Source: a virus (Duplodnaviria > Heunggongvirae > Uroviricota > Caudoviricetes). Taken from it: a stretch of 64,000 nt of DNA. How positions within the stretch are numbered: the stretch's first letter is position 1; the number at the start of each line of letters is the position of its first letter. This document shows, piece by piece, positions 10,556 to 21,746 of the stretch. Position numbers and translations under genes: made by a program. The DNA is taken from the IMG/VR virus record IMGVR_UViG_2585427970_000001; one strand, 5' to 3'. The notes below the pieces were generated by a model. It was not told where the DNA came from. It worked only from the letters and a program-made list of their open reading frames with translations, and ran no database searches.

Positions 10556-11525
10556 GCTAACGGCGGAAGATTTAAATCTTGAACAAACCGTAGAATTAGC
10601 CGTAGGAGCATTACAGAAAAACCAGAACGGCGCAGATATTCCAAACAAAGATAAATTTACGCAAACAATAGGTGCTTGCCGCTCTTTTCATGGTGCTATT
10701 AGCACAGGTGCAGGAAACTGGACGACGGCACAATTGATTGAATGGCTGGATTCTCAAGGGGCATTCAATCACCCATACTGGATGTGCAAATGTTCATGGT
10801 CATACGGCAATAATAAAATTATTACCGATACTGGTTGTGGAACTATTCATCTTGCAGGTTGCGTTATTGAGGTTATGGGTAATAAAGGTGCCATGACTAT
10901 CCGTGTAACCACCCCGAGCACTTCCAGCGGTGGCGGAACTACTAATGCACAATTTACTTATATAAACCATGGCGCAGATTACGCCCCAGGCTGGCGGCGT
11001 GACTACAGCACAAAAAACCAGCAACCTGCATTTGCTTTAGGGCAAACAGGAAGCACTGTCGGAAATGATAAAGCTGTTGGCTGGAACTGGAATAGCGGGG
11101 TCTATAACGCAAATATTGGTGGCGCATCGACATTAATCCTCCACTTCAATATGAATACGGGGAGCTGTCCTGCTGTACAGTTCCGCGTGAATTACAGAAA
11201 TGGCGGAATCTTTTATCGTTCAGCTCGTGATGGTTATGGCTTTGAAGCTGACTGGTCAGAGTTTTACACCACAACCCGCAAACCCTCTGCGGGAGATGTT
11301 GGTGCATACACGCAGGCAGAATGTAACTCAAGGTTTATTACAGGTATTCGCCTTGGCGGTCTGTCATCTGTTCAGACATGGAATGGTCCCGGCTGGTCTG
11401 ACAGGTCAGGTTATGTCGTTACGGGTTCAGTTAACGGAAACCGTGATGAATTAATTGATACAACTCAGGCAAGGCCAATTCAGTATTGCATTAATGGAAC
11501 GTGGTATAACGCAGGGAGTATTTAA
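10410..11525 (+). CDS. Alternative tail-fibre variable C-terminal segment (Sv'-like), not joined to constant region in this orientation
   Basis: Starts inside the inverted repeat with [31 protein letters not shown], the same block found in the full-length fibre gene on the other strand. Confidence 0.6.
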   Translation: MSTANTWSARQTFNGGITGALTGNADTATKLKTARTINGVGFDGSKNIELTAEDLNLEQTVELAVGALQKNQNGADIPNKDKFTQTIGACRSFHGAISTGAGNWTTAQLIEWLDSQGAFNHPYWMCKCSWSYGNNKIITDTGCGTIHLAGCVIEVMGNKGAMTIRVTTPSTSSGGGTTNAQFTYINHGADYAPGWRRDYSTKNQQPAFALGQTGSTVGNDKAVGWNWNSGVYNANIGGASTLILHFNMNTGSCPAVQFRVNYRNGGIFYRSARDGYGFEADWSEFYTTTRKPSAGDVGAYTQAECNSRFITGIRLGGLSSVQTWNGPGWSDRSGYVVTGSVNGNRDELIDTTQARPIQYCINGTWYNAGSI

Positions 11526-11527
11526 TT

Positions 11528-12061
11528 ATGATGCACTTAAAAAACATTATTGCTGGCAATCCTAAAACAAAAGAGCAATACCAGCTAACAAAGCAATTTA
11601 ACATCAAATGGCTTTATTCAGATGATGGAAAAAACTGGTATGAGGAACAAAAGAATTTCCGGCCAGACACATTGAAAATGGCCTATGACCATAACGGCGT
11701 TATTATTTGTATTGAAAAGGATGTTTCAGCAATTAATCCGGAAGGCGCAAGCGTCGTTGAATTACCTGATATTACAGCAAATCGCCGGGCTGATATTTCG
11801 GGTAAATGGATGTTCAAAGATGGCGTGGTGATAAAGCGAACTTATACCGAAGAGGAACAGAGGCAGCAGGCAGAGAATGAAAAGCAAAGCCTGTTGCAAC
11901 TTGTCAGGGATAAAACCCAGCTATGGGACTCACAGCTACGGCTGGGCATCATTTCCGACGAGAATAAACAAAAATTAACCGAGTGGATGCTCTTTGCGCA
12001 GAAAGTCGAATCCACAGACACCTCCAGCCTACCAGTAACATTTCCCGAACAACCTGAATGA
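11528..12061 (+). CDS. Tail fibre assembly chaperone (U'-like) for alternative fibre
   Basis: 177 aa, MMHLKNIIAGNPKT..; paralog of 12090..12653. Confidence 0.7.
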   Translation: MMHLKNIIAGNPKTKEQYQLTKQFNIKWLYSDDGKNWYEEQKNFRPDTLKMAYDHNGVIICIEKDVSAINPEGASVVELPDITANRRADISGKWMFKDGVVIKRTYTEEEQRQQAENEKQSLLQLVRDKTQLWDSQLRLGIISDENKQKLTEWMLFAQKVESTDTSSLPVTFPEQPE

Positions 12062-12089
12062 AACAAGGCCCGATAGCGGGCCTTAATTT

Positions 12090-12653
12090 TTATTCAGGCT
12101 TTTGTGGCCATTCAGGATTTGCCGTATCCACACGGCTTACCAGAACACTGTAGCGTTCCCATGACTCCAGTCGTGCGCGTTCCTCATCCGTCGCCATATT
12201 CAGCCTGACGGCGCGTTCCAGTGGCTGAATAACGCTTTCTGCTTCGGAAAGTAACGCGGCCTTTTGTGATTCGGCCTGTTGTTGCAGTTCCTGTTCTGTA
12301 TATTCCCTCTTTACTACTTTACCATCCAGAAACATCCATTTTCCGTTATTGTCTGCGCGACGATTTGCCGTAATATCAGGAACTTCAACTATGCTTAGCC
12401 CTTCAGGATTAATAGTTGAAACGTCTTTACTGACAGCAACGATGATGTTGTTCTCATCGTAAGCAATTTTTATGGTGTCTGGCTGAAAATTCTTTTGTTC
12501 CTCATACCAGTTTTTGCCATCTTCGCAAAAGAGCCATACCACGCCCGCTTTTTTAGTTAGCTGGTATTGTTCCGGTGTTTTCGGATTCCCGGCCTTAATA
12601 TTTTTCAGGTGCATCATCTTAAACACTCCCCACGTTGTACCATATTCCCCCAA
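12090..12653 (-). CDS. Tail fibre assembly chaperone (U-like), in expressed orientation
   Basis: 187 aa, [22 protein letters not shown]..; directly downstream of fibre gene. Confidence 0.7.
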   Translation of the reverse strand: MGEYGTTWGVFKMMHLKNIKAGNPKTPEQYQLTKKAGVVWLFCEDGKNWYEEQKNFQPDTIKIAYDENNIIVAVSKDVSTINPEGLSIVEVPDITANRRADNNGKWMFLDGKVVKREYTEQELQQQAESQKAALLSEAESVIQPLERAVRLNMATDEERARLESWERYSVLVSRVDTANPEWPQKPE

Positions 12654-15087
12654 TCAATTTCTGAATTGGCCTTCTGGCAACAGTGTCGACAATATCATCC
12701 GCATTGCTGTTAATTGCGGCTGTTAAAACATAACCTGACGCATCGCCAAAGCCGTAGTCGCGCCATACGTTTTTATATTCAATGCTGCCAAGACGAATAT
12801 CCCGAACGACATGATTATGCAGCCATGTGCTTAACCAGTTGTTTTCCCACACTGAACCATAAATATCGCCACTAGACGCAACTTGCGCACCACTTCCCAG
12901 CGCAAATCCCCCATCTGTTTTAAAAATGAAATCACCACCACCATCTGAACCGTTATTAATATGAACACCATCACTACCGTTATCTTTCCATAAAAACATA
13001 CGAATACTTCCGTCTTCGTTGGCGAATGTAATGTGGTGGCGGTAATTACTTTTTAATCTAAAATTGCTGCCATTAGATTCAATATCTTTATAAAGATGTA
13101 ATCCTAACTCATCAATATGTCCGATGCGCGAACCATTTGAATAGAAGCTAATAATACCATCTCCATCTTGCCTAAATCCGGTGTCGTTATCTCCCAGAAC
13201 AATGGAGTTTTCACCCAGTGCGTTATCAGTAGCACCAATAGCTAGACCTCCTTCAATTTTGGCCCCGTGGCTGACAGATATAGCACCTGTTCTCAGATTT
13301 ATAGCGAATGGCCTTAATGGGCCGATATCACCGTTTTCGCCTTGTCCTTCAGCCGTCGGAATGAAATGAAGAAAATCTTCTGAACGACGGAAAATAAGAC
13401 CGAATGCTTCATCAAATATCCGAAGCGCATTCACCGTACCAATTTTCAGTTCTCCGGTCATTTTATCGCCGGAACGCTGAACGGCGTTACCAGCTTGAGA
13501 CACGATATCCGTCAAGCCAAGATTTTCAGGAGTCAGTGTAATATCTGTAGAACCATCAAATCCCACCCCGTTGATTGTTCGAGCTATTTTCAATTTCGTC
13601 GCGGTGTCGGCGTTCCCTGTCAGCGCCCCGGTGATCCCGCCGTTGAAAGTCTGGCGCGCACTCCATGTGTTAGCCGTACTCAACAGGGGGATCTTTTCAC
13701 CGCTGGTACCGAGTTCTCTTAAACCAAGGTATTGGATAACGGCCAGTGTGCTTGTTTTAGCCAGAATATCGCGACCGACTGACGTTAAATCAGTCTGAGC
13801 TACCGTATCCTTACCAGTGAAATAAGGCAGTTTGTTTGCACCAGTCGCAAGACCAGCAAGCGCGGTTAAAGTTGCATCAAGTGGCTGTTTCCCTGCCAGC
13901 GCATTTGTCATTGTTGTCGCAAAGTTCGGGTCATTGCCAAGTGCTGCGGCAAGCTCATTCAGGGTATCAAGAGCTTCTGGTGATGAACCAACCAATGCGG
14001 ATATGGCAGCTCTTACATAAGCGGTCGTAGCAATCTGCGTGTTATTCGTACCCTGTGCAGCGGTAGGCGCAGTAGGTATTCCCGTTAATGCAGGACTTGC
14101 TAAAGGCGCTTTAAGGGCCAGAGCATTGTTGATAGTTGTGCTGTAATTCGGGTCGTTATTGATCGCAGCCGCTATTTCTTTCAGCGTATCCAGTGTACCA
14201 GGCGCACCGTTGATAAGTGCAGTTATAGCTGCCTTAACAAAGGCTGTATTTGCGATCTGCGTGCTGTTTGTACCTTGCGCTGCCGTCGGCGCGGTTGGCG
14301 TTCCTGTCAGACTCGGGCTTTCTATTGGCGCTTTGGTATCAGCCAGATCTTTTATAGACTTAACAGCTTTAGGGGTAGCCGCCATTGTTTCGCTGTCGCT
14401 GTTAGTTGCGCTACTGAGCTGAACTAATCCCTTTTGCGTTGTGCTTGCATCCTGCGCCGTATACTTGCTTTTCGCCAGATCGTAGGCTTTTTTAACTGCC
14501 AGCGAACTTGCAGCAACATCACTTCTGGTACTGGTTACAGAGTCTGAAATATCAATGCCGATCGTGCGGTTGATACGCTCGGATGTATCAATCATCTCCT
14601 GGGTAATGGCAGATACACCAGCAGGGATATTCACCGTACAAACAAGCAGCTCCCCATCTCCTAACTGATATGAATCGGTATAGGTTCTGGAAACAAATTC
14701 AGCCGCATGAATATGTGACGCGGTATTCACCTGATAGGTATCTTCTCCAAGGAGGTATCTTCCCTTCAGCACAATTGCATATTTCTTGCCTGCACTAAGT
14801 GCAAGAGAAATATCCTTACGTTGCTGAATAGTTACCTGGTAGAATTCACCAATATCCACCGACGCCGCGCCTGCGGTTTTATCACCATCCACTGAGGTGA
14901 TTAACAGGTTCATCCCACCGCCAGGCTTAGGTAAGAAACCGGCATAAAATCCCGGGTCAACAATCCCCCTGAATTTTCGGTTTAGCGCGGCTGACAGATA
15001 TGGTTCGTGGTATTGCACATCAGCCACCAGAGCCAACGACTCGGGTGATGGGTAAGTAACCGATGTGACAACTGTAACGTCATTCAT
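12619..15087 (-). CDS. Tail fibre protein S (constant N-terminal part fused to variable part inside invertible segment)
   Basis: ORF 12619..15174; likely start is ATG at 15087 (MNDVTVV) with AAGGA RBS, just after R-like stop; repeated fibre motifs and shared block with Sv'. Confidence 0.7.
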   Translation of the reverse strand: MNDVTVVTSVTYPSPESLALVADVQYHEPYLSAALNRKFRGIVDPGFYAGFLPKPGGGMNLLITSVDGDKTAGAASVDIGEFYQVTIQQRKDISLALSAGKKYAIVLKGRYLLGEDTYQVNTASHIHAAEFVSRTYTDSYQLGDGELLVCTVNIPAGVSAITQEMIDTSERINRTIGIDISDSVTSTRSDVAASSLAVKKAYDLAKSKYTAQDASTTQKGLVQLSSATNSDSETMAATPKAVKSIKDLADTKAPIESPSLTGTPTAPTAAQGTNSTQIANTAFVKAAITALINGAPGTLDTLKEIAAAINNDPNYSTTINNALALKAPLASPALTGIPTAPTAAQGTNNTQIATTAYVRAAISALVGSSPEALDTLNELAAALGNDPNFATTMTNALAGKQPLDATLTALAGLATGANKLPYFTGKDTVAQTDLTSVGRDILAKTSTLAVIQYLGLRELGTSGEKIPLLSTANTWSARQTFNGGITGALTGNADTATKLKIARTINGVGFDGSTDITLTPENLGLTDIVSQAGNAVQRSGDKMTGELKIGTVNALRIFDEAFGLIFRRSEDFLHFIPTAEGQGENGDIGPLRPFAINLRTGAISVSHGAKIEGGLAIGATDNALGENSIVLGDNDTGFRQDGDGIISFYSNGSRIGHIDELGLHLYKDIESNGSNFRLKSNYRHHITFANEDGSIRMFLWKDNGSDGVHINNGSDGGGDFIFKTDGGFALGSGAQVASSGDIYGSVWENNWLSTWLHNHVVRDIRLGSIEYKNVWRDYGFGDASGYVLTAAINSNADDIVDTVARRPIQKLIGGIWYNVGSV
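13553..13745 (-). repeat. Right inverted repeat of invertible tail-fibre segment
   Basis: Reverse-complement copy of 10364-10555. Confidence 0.75.
13715..13740. promoter_or_regulatory. cix/gix-like crossover site (right)
   Basis: Reverse complement reads ttatccaatacc-tt-ggtttaagagaa. Confidence 0.55.
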
Positions 15088-15098
15088 CAAGCATATCC

Positions 15099-15533
15099 TT
15101 ATGCTGTAGTCGTGTTTATGGCCATAACTGCGGTATATGTTTTGCCCACATACAGCGAGTCTTCCTGGACACAAATAATGGCGATTGGCTTGTTCTCGTT
15201 ATCCAGAACAACCAGAGTGTTGAATGGGTAGTTTTTCCCTTCCTGCAACTGGCTTTGATCAAGGTCCATTCGGACAGTAATTATCCCGCCTGAGTAGGTT
15301 GGGACGAGGTTGATGGTGCAAAATTGACTGGTCAGTTCTGCCAGATCGAAAGCCTTTGGCAGTTCTCCAATCTCATAAGTGCCATCTCCTTTCTTAGTAA
15401 CCAGTGAACTGGTACCGAAAACGGCCTTGCTGATTAAAAATCGAGAGCCTTTGTTAATGGACGATTCAGCGCGCCGCTGATAGTAATAGTCCAACAACTG
15501 ACTCTTATAGAGGTTTGTTGAGACGTCAGACAT
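15099..15533 (-). CDS. Tail fibre operon protein (R-like)
   Basis: 144 aa ORF immediately upstream of fibre gene; by position. Confidence 0.35.
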   Translation of the reverse strand: MSDVSTNLYKSQLLDYYYQRRAESSINKGSRFLISKAVFGTSSLVTKKGDGTYEIGELPKAFDLAELTSQFCTINLVPTYSGGIITVRMDLDQSQLQEGKNYPFNTLVVLDNENKPIAIICVQEDSLYVGKTYTAVMAINTTTA

Positions 15534-15583
15534 GATTTTCCCTAATCAATGTTGTGAAGCCTCATTGTAAGAGAAGTAACTTG

Positions 15584-15608
15584 TCACCCCGCCCTGCGGA
15601 CGGGGTGA
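15584..15608 (-). other. Intercistronic GC-rich stem-loop
   Basis: tcaccccg / cggggtga 8-bp stem; no T-run. Confidence 0.3.
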
Positions 15609-15611
15609 TTG

Positions 15612-16451
15612 TCAGGCGTCGCTATCCAGCAACAAATCATCTGCGCGTGTGCGATCAAACGTAGGTGTCGCTTTCACAATAGTGCCACCAGGCGTTGCGG
15701 TGATCGGGGTGCTAATCGACGTAACTCCAGTAAGCGAAGTTGTATCCGAAGTTTCAAACCAGCAGAATGCTTTTTCGGTATCAGAAATCTCGTTCAAAGT
15801 GATCATGTCGGCCTGTTCATTTACAACAACCGACAAATAGAGCGTAAGCCCATCAAACACTATATGCAGTGGCAGTAGAGGCTTTACGAACTGATTAAAC
15901 TTTCTGAGAATTTCTTCTGTAATTGCGGACTGATCTATCGTGCCAGTAATCCCCATTGTCCGGGCCAGGTCGTTTATGGGAATACTGATCATCCCTCTGG
16001 AAGTCAGAAACATCTCGCCGAATGTGCCGCCGGTAGTCTCCAGTGTGCTTTCTGGTATTAGAACCGTGCCATAGGGATGACGCTCAAGGTCCACCGGTGC
16101 ATATATCGGATCCCATAAAACAGAAATACCGTTAAATTCGCGGTAAATTGTCTGGTTTATAGGGCGTTCAGTCCCCTTAAAGTGAATCTCATCAAGACGC
16201 TGTTGTAACAACATCGGAACGGAAGATGAGTTCGACGTTCTGATAGTAAAGAACTGGCCAAGTTCATTTGTCCTGGTCTCCAGATCCTCCTTGCTCATGG
16301 AAAAAATAGACTTCCGGTTGGTAATTCGCTCCAACCATGAGTCAACAAAGGTATCCATCATTGACTGAACCAAATCAGCCAATGATTTATAGAGCAATGA
16401 CTTTTGCTTAGCTGATGTAAGCCGGTTATTAAACCAGGAACGCTGCATCAC
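15612..16451 (-). CDS. Baseplate/tail structural protein (gene 16-like)
   Basis: 279 aa, overlaps upstream baseplate gene stop; by position. Confidence 0.35.
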   Translation of the reverse strand: MMQRSWFNNRLTSAKQKSLLYKSLADLVQSMMDTFVDSWLERITNRKSIFSMSKEDLETRTNELGQFFTIRTSNSSSVPMLLQQRLDEIHFKGTERPINQTIYREFNGISVLWDPIYAPVDLERHPYGTVLIPESTLETTGGTFGEMFLTSRGMISIPINDLARTMGITGTIDQSAITEEILRKFNQFVKPLLPLHIVFDGLTLYLSVVVNEQADMITLNEISDTEKAFCWFETSDTTSLTGVTSISTPITATPGGTIVKATPTFDRTRADDLLLDSDA

Positions 16452-17881
16452 TCCTCCTCATACGAAATATTAAAGGTGGAGTTTTCTGTATCCAGATAAA
16501 CGAAATCGTAAAAGTCGTTGGACTCATTCCACTCGACAAATTCCAGATAAAAGTCGCGGAAATAACCCAGCGTTTCGATAAATGCCCAAACGTCTTTTTT
16601 CTTGATTAGGATGTACTTGCCGACACGGTTCGGATCAAAGAAAGTTGAGTCACGCCCAAATTTTGTTTCCAGTGCCGACTTCAGCTCATCAGTCACGTTC
16701 TCAATGGTCAGGCTTGCCGATATCCGCCCGGTGATGGTGATCTTAAAGGGTAGTTTTCTGACCTCTTTATACGAGAATTTCTTGTTCAACTCATTCGGCA
16801 CCTTCTTAAAGGCAGCCAGGATCATTTCTTCAAGCTCTGACTGGCTTTTGTTTGGATGCCATCCTGAAATAAATATCTTATTGATATTCCGAACATTATA
16901 AGCACCATCTAATTTCTCTTGCTGGCCTTCGCCCCATGCCTTTACCCAGGACAGTCCCGGGATGTTACGCACCAGAAAATACGTATAGTCCCCGCCCCAT
17001 ACGACCTGATCATCATAGGCAAGGTAATATTGTGCACGATTACGTGTGATCTCCGTTGTTTCGGCATCGGTACCTGCGGTTATGGGTGTCGTTGTCTTAA
17101 CTGAAATCAAATTAGCTAAATTAGCCGCAGAATCGACAGGCGTCAGGTTTTGGCCAGCAACCAGGGTTATATCGCCGTTGGTGCACCATACCTTAAGCGT
17201 AATTGTCGAACCTTCTGGCGGTATTTGCCCAATTAGCCCATCGCCGAATCGAACCCCCAACTGCTCGGATGGTTTATAAAACTCAACGTAGACCTGGCTT
17301 TTACTACCGGCTAACCGGAACATAGTGCTGGAAGACCACTGCGTGGTCTTACCATCGGTCGTCACGAATACTTCCAGCTTATAGCAGACAGCAGTGAGAG
17401 CCTTTGATAACACGACTTCCAGAAATTCTTTGGCTGCCGTAACGGTATATGTCACCTCCTGGATTTCCAACTGTGCCACTTCTACCGTACCGGTGCCGTC
17501 AACCAACCTGCATACATCCATAGTCATGTAAGGGTACTGGTCGTCAGATATTAAAGGCATGTTTTTGGGGATTACCGCTGGGGCATCTTCACTTGTGGCG
17601 GTGATCTCAATCATCCCCGATGACGGTGTTGGCTTGGTACCAACGTAACTATTCGTTTCTGCCGCTGCCAGGATAGAGGAACGCCGCGTCGCGGTCGATA
17701 TAAAGCCTTCAGCCAGCGCCGCATCGGCATACTGAAAGCACCTGTAGACAATCTGGGTAATAAACAATGTCAGCATCGAGACAAATTGAGAGCCGACAAA
17801 CTTCGACCAGAATGAATCTTTCTCGACAAGCTCTTCAAACTCTGCACGAATACTGTCTTTAGTCGGTGTTGTTTTACTCAT
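16448..17881 (-). CDS. Baseplate J-like protein (BplA-like)
   Basis: 477 aa in baseplate cluster; by size and position. Confidence 0.4.
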   Translation of the reverse strand: MSKTTPTKDSIRAEFEELVEKDSFWSKFVGSQFVSMLTLFITQIVYRCFQYADAALAEGFISTATRRSSILAAAETNSYVGTKPTPSSGMIEITATSEDAPAVIPKNMPLISDDQYPYMTMDVCRLVDGTGTVEVAQLEIQEVTYTVTAAKEFLEVVLSKALTAVCYKLEVFVTTDGKTTQWSSSTMFRLAGSKSQVYVEFYKPSEQLGVRFGDGLIGQIPPEGSTITLKVWCTNGDITLVAGQNLTPVDSAANLANLISVKTTTPITAGTDAETTEITRNRAQYYLAYDDQVVWGGDYTYFLVRNIPGLSWVKAWGEGQQEKLDGAYNVRNINKIFISGWHPNKSQSELEEMILAAFKKVPNELNKKFSYKEVRKLPFKITITGRISASLTIENVTDELKSALETKFGRDSTFFDPNRVGKYILIKKKDVWAFIETLGYFRDFYLEFVEWNESNDFYDFVYLDTENSTFNISYEEE

Positions 17882-18237
17882 AGCACCACGTCCTGTGTGA
17901 TAGTTATATCCCTGATACGAATGGATATTTTCAACTTATCAAAAGCATCTCCCTCGGCTACTGACAAGCCAGAAATCGGTATGTCAGGTAAATCTACCGT
18001 CAGTTTTTGCAACAGCATTGCCTCAACCGCAATTTGAACATGCGACAAGTTGGTCGGTTCGTGTTTAAACTGCGGTAAAACATTGCCCCATGACGGATCT
18101 CCGTATACCTCACCCTGATAAGTGTTTAGCCACTCATATAAACGAGCGCCCCAGGCCTCCTCCTGGGACTCATACGTTTTTACGCCGGATAACTCCAGCG
18201 TCAGCAAAGGATCAATTTCGTTATTGTTGGCCATCAA
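17878..18237 (-). CDS. Small baseplate/tail morphogenesis protein
   Basis: 119 aa, translationally coupled between sit-like and baseplate genes. Confidence 0.3.
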   Translation of the reverse strand: MMANNNEIDPLLTLELSGVKTYESQEEAWGARLYEWLNTYQGEVYGDPSWGNVLPQFKHEPTNLSHVQIAVEAMLLQKLTVDLPDIPISGLSVAEGDAFDKLKISIRIRDITITQDVVL

Positions 18238-21200
18238 TCAACTCTCGCGTAGTCATTCATCAACGGATCATCAATTAACAGTGGCACCGTGCGCATAACG
18301 CCCGGCTGAGGCGTGCTGACCTTTACGACAGTTCCCTGGCCTTTCGCCGAGTCTTTGGTGTGCTCTTCAATCCTGGCAAGCAATGAGGTCATCTGCGCAA
18401 ACAGCCGCTTCGTTTCACCATCAAGTGAAACGGTATTATCAGCCAACTGCATTGTCGGCTTGGCACCGGAGCCGCCAAGGTCACTAATAACCTGTCCGTC
18501 TATCTGCATACGACCGGTTGGTTGCTGCAAATCGTTGGCGGCAGTCGTCACCTGGGACGTGGAGGCTGGTTCAGGCTCATTATTTTTCCGCATCCCCGGC
18601 GAGTTGCGGAGTTTATCGAATAGTCCATCAATCCCCATTTGTGCGCCGAGCTGGTCAAAGTAACTTGAGTTGTTGGCCACCGGACGCGCCTCTTCAACTG
18701 GCATCTGGGTATCAACATACACATTGCCAGCTGCTGTTGCGGTCCCCTTCCCTCGTGCACGTTCTTCGAGCGTTCCCTGAACGACTTCCCGACGCATACC
18801 CCGGCCATTCATGAATTTGTTGACCAGATCGTTAACGCCAACAGCATTGCCGATTTTGTCTACCAGACCGCCTTTCTCAAACGGGCTATCACCAGGGGTA
18901 AACGCCAAGCCAGTAGACTGATCGATAACAGCGTTATCAGGCAGTGGTCCCCTCACTCCATATTGCGCCCCACCCTGTGCTCCTGCTCCAGGTGTATAGA
19001 TTTCACCACCTAAATAGCGAGCACGATGAGTATTGACCTTGATCGCGTACTCACGGTTTTCTTTCGATAAGTCACCTGTGCCTTTTTTCCACTTATTGAT
19101 AGTGCCAAACCCAGCGTTATATGCAGTGATGGCCTCGTTTAAGTCTCCATTGGCTTGCTTCAGATACTTGCTCATGAGAAGAGCCGCAGCTTCTGCCGAT
19201 TTTTCCGGATTAAAAGAATCTTCCCGGGATAATCCAGTTTCCTCACGAGCAACGCTCGTAAACTGGAACATTCCGAGAGCGCCACCACTTAGCTTTCCAT
19301 TTGGTGATCTTGTAAGCGTAGATTTTGCGTTAGGATCACCACCAGATTCAGTTGCAGCGATCGCGTAAAGAGTACCTTCAGGAAGGCCATATTTATTCTC
19401 TAGTTCAGCAAAATACGGAGCCAACTTATCGAGATTTGCCTTACCTTCAGCGCCAAGACTTCCGACTTTTACATCCAAGTTGCCATTATTATAGGTATCC
19501 GCAGCTTTCTGAATGTCATTCCTGGTGCCAGTGGTATTAAGCGAGGATGATGACGAGCTATTTTGACCAATAGCTTTATCAATTTTCTGCAACGCGCTAT
19601 TGCCCGTTTCTACGGCATTTGCATTGATAATCTGATTGGCAGTTTGTTTAACTGTTTTATTGCTATCTTTCGCTGTGTCCAGTGCCGCATTTATCACGCG
19701 GGTAGCAATATTACTCTGTTTGGCATCGGATTCAGTTTTAGAATCAGACGTCTCCTGGTGGCTATTAACCGGAGCTTTTAACTCTGGAGTGATTTCTTTC
19801 GCATTAGCCTCGCCGATCGGATTGGGTATTTTTGATACAATCATTGCCGCAGGGGTATTTTTAACGGCATCAACCGCTGCATCTAATGCTTTACCTGGTA
19901 AATTTTTAACCCCATCCCAAATATTACCAGCCGCCTCTTTAATGTGTTTCCCTGGGTTCTTAATGAAGTCAATTGCACTATCAATTGCATCACTGAAAAC
20001 CTGTTTCAGGTTATCGACAGTAAAGAAGTCTTTTATGGCATCCAGCTTTTCAAGCAACTTATTAGATGTATCGCTAAACCATGCTGAAACAGCATCACCA
20101 ATCTTTGCTGTGTAATCATCGAACTTGGTAGAAATGGTGTCGCCAAGGTTAGAAATATATGTTTCTAAGTTGGTAATCCCACTATCAATGGCCTGGGCAA
20201 TACTTTCCGTCGAAAATGATTGCAACATATTGCCGATATCCTCAAATCCAAGTGATTTGAGAGCCTCACCAATGGCGCTGCTAATACCAGATACCAGTCC
20301 CCCCATATCAAGAACATTAGCTAACGTATAAGCGGCTTTTTGCTGGAATGATGGATCTTGTCCTGATTTAAGCCCAAACGCTCGACGTTGCGTTTCTGTA
20401 TCATTCCAACCGGTTACCGCATCATAAATACCTCCAGCCACTGTGCCGACTAGGGGAATTGCGCGTAACGCCCCTTTACCAACTGCCTTTAATCCAAGTT
20501 TACCTGCTGCCCGGGCAGCCAAATCTCCGCCTTCATGGGCGAGAGTCTTCTTGCCACCACCGCGTAGCATTCCTACAAGTTTCTTTGCCCCCAGAGCGCC
20601 AAAAGCGAGTGCTCCAGCTTTTTTCAGCATGCCACGCCCCATTAACAACGACGCGACGCCACCGGCCCCCTTCCCTAACAGGCTAAATAGTTTGGACAGC
20701 AAGCCGCCCTTCTTTTTCCCGGTGTTTTTGGCTATCTGATCAAGGGCGCTGAGAATCTTGTCATTGCCCTCTTTAATTTCGCTGGTCTGCTCCTGAAGTT
20801 CCTGAACCGTCCGTTTTTGGGTGTTAACCTGAACGACATCGGCACTATTTTGCGATTTACGCCTAAAAAAACCTTTTCTACGGCTGTTATCGTCATTGCC
20901 ACGAATCACATCGGCAATAGACTTTCTGGCACCATTAAGCGATCCACCAACTTCTTTTGATATCCCGCCAAGCTCCTTCCCTGCTGCCCACAATGGACCA
21001 GCAACGGCATAACCTAACGCATCGACGGCACGAGTCTCTGAAGGGTTACCTATGCCTTCAGCTACTTTTGACAGTTTTTTTAATAAACCTGATTCAGCAT
21101 TTAGACGCTCATCATCCTCTTTGCGCCTGGCCTTTTCAGCACGTTCAGCACGTTCAGCACGGGCATCTTCCGCTGCGGCCTTACTCCCTGACTTTCCAAT

Positions 21201-21665
21201 AAAACGACCACGCGCATCGCGTTGGTTTTGGCTTTTTTGCGCACCGCCTTTTTGACCGAACATTTCGCGAGCGTGTTCGGCTGCTTCGGTCCGTTGCGCC
21301 TTTACATCTTCTGTTATAGCCTTCTTGCGTCGTTTTTTACCCTTTCGCGTAGTTGATTTGGCCTGCGGTTCCTGTAGAGCAACATCCTCCTGAACTACAC
21401 GAGAAACGTCCCCTAAATTAAGCCGTTTCATTGCCTCAACAATAGGGTCCACTGATGGCGCATTGGCCACAAAGTCTGGCCGGGAATTTTCGATTGTGCG
21501 ATTTAATGCCGACACACTGCGAGAGACAGGATCAACTGTAGCAACTCGCCCCCCTTTCAAATCTTCAACGGCTTCCCGAATACCTGCAAGCTCTTCCAGC
21601 TCTTTTGCGCTGGCGGTTTCAACCGTCCTTATCACATCGTCAATGTTGGCGTTTTTTCTTTCCAT
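18234..21665 (-). CDS. sit: Sit-like tape-measure/injection protein with lytic transglycosylase (SLT) domain
   Basis: 1143 aa; Lys/Gly-rich repetitive centre; SLT-like block ATESGGDP..GALGMFQF..AITAYNAGFG. Confidence 0.7.
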   Translation of the reverse strand: MERKNANIDDVIRTVETASAKELEELAGIREAVEDLKGGRVATVDPVSRSVSALNRTIENSRPDFVANAPSVDPIVEAMKRLNLGDVSRVVQEDVALQEPQAKSTTRKGKKRRKKAITEDVKAQRTEAAEHAREMFGQKGGAQKSQNQRDARGRFIGKSGSKAAAEDARAERAERAEKARRKEDDERLNAESGLLKKLSKVAEGIGNPSETRAVDALGYAVAGPLWAAGKELGGISKEVGGSLNGARKSIADVIRGNDDNSRRKGFFRRKSQNSADVVQVNTQKRTVQELQEQTSEIKEGNDKILSALDQIAKNTGKKKGGLLSKLFSLLGKGAGGVASLLMGRGMLKKAGALAFGALGAKKLVGMLRGGGKKTLAHEGGDLAARAAGKLGLKAVGKGALRAIPLVGTVAGGIYDAVTGWNDTETQRRAFGLKSGQDPSFQQKAAYTLANVLDMGGLVSGISSAIGEALKSLGFEDIGNMLQSFSTESIAQAIDSGITNLETYISNLGDTISTKFDDYTAKIGDAVSAWFSDTSNKLLEKLDAIKDFFTVDNLKQVFSDAIDSAIDFIKNPGKHIKEAAGNIWDGVKNLPGKALDAAVDAVKNTPAAMIVSKIPNPIGEANAKEITPELKAPVNSHQETSDSKTESDAKQSNIATRVINAALDTAKDSNKTVKQTANQIINANAVETGNSALQKIDKAIGQNSSSSSSLNTTGTRNDIQKAADTYNNGNLDVKVGSLGAEGKANLDKLAPYFAELENKYGLPEGTLYAIAATESGGDPNAKSTLTRSPNGKLSGGALGMFQFTSVAREETGLSREDSFNPEKSAEAAALLMSKYLKQANGDLNEAITAYNAGFGTINKWKKGTGDLSKENREYAIKVNTHRARYLGGEIYTPGAGAQGGAQYGVRGPLPDNAVIDQSTGLAFTPGDSPFEKGGLVDKIGNAVGVNDLVNKFMNGRGMRREVVQGTLEERARGKGTATAAGNVYVDTQMPVEEARPVANNSSYFDQLGAQMGIDGLFDKLRNSPGMRKNNEPEPASTSQVTTAANDLQQPTGRMQIDGQVISDLGGSGAKPTMQLADNTVSLDGETKRLFAQMTSLLARIEEHTKDSAKGQGTVVKVSTPQPGVMRTVPLLIDDPLMNDYARVD

Positions 21666-21746
21666 GATCTTATCGCCTACCGCTTCGGTTTAAGTTTTTC
21701 TTCCAGTTTCTCCAACAGGAAAAACGCATAGGATTCAGTGAGCCTT

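Noticed and set aside
10298-10648. ORF 10298..10648 (minus) and ORF 13571..13798 (plus)
   Set aside because: These are reciprocal antisense readings across the inverted repeats of the invertible segment; the sense-strand fibre reading is the real one.
19636-20115. Plus-strand ORFs inside the sit-like gene (e.g. 19636..20115, 20443..20739)
   Set aside because: Antisense to a well-supported 1143-aa gene; low-complexity Ala/Ser/Pro-rich translations.
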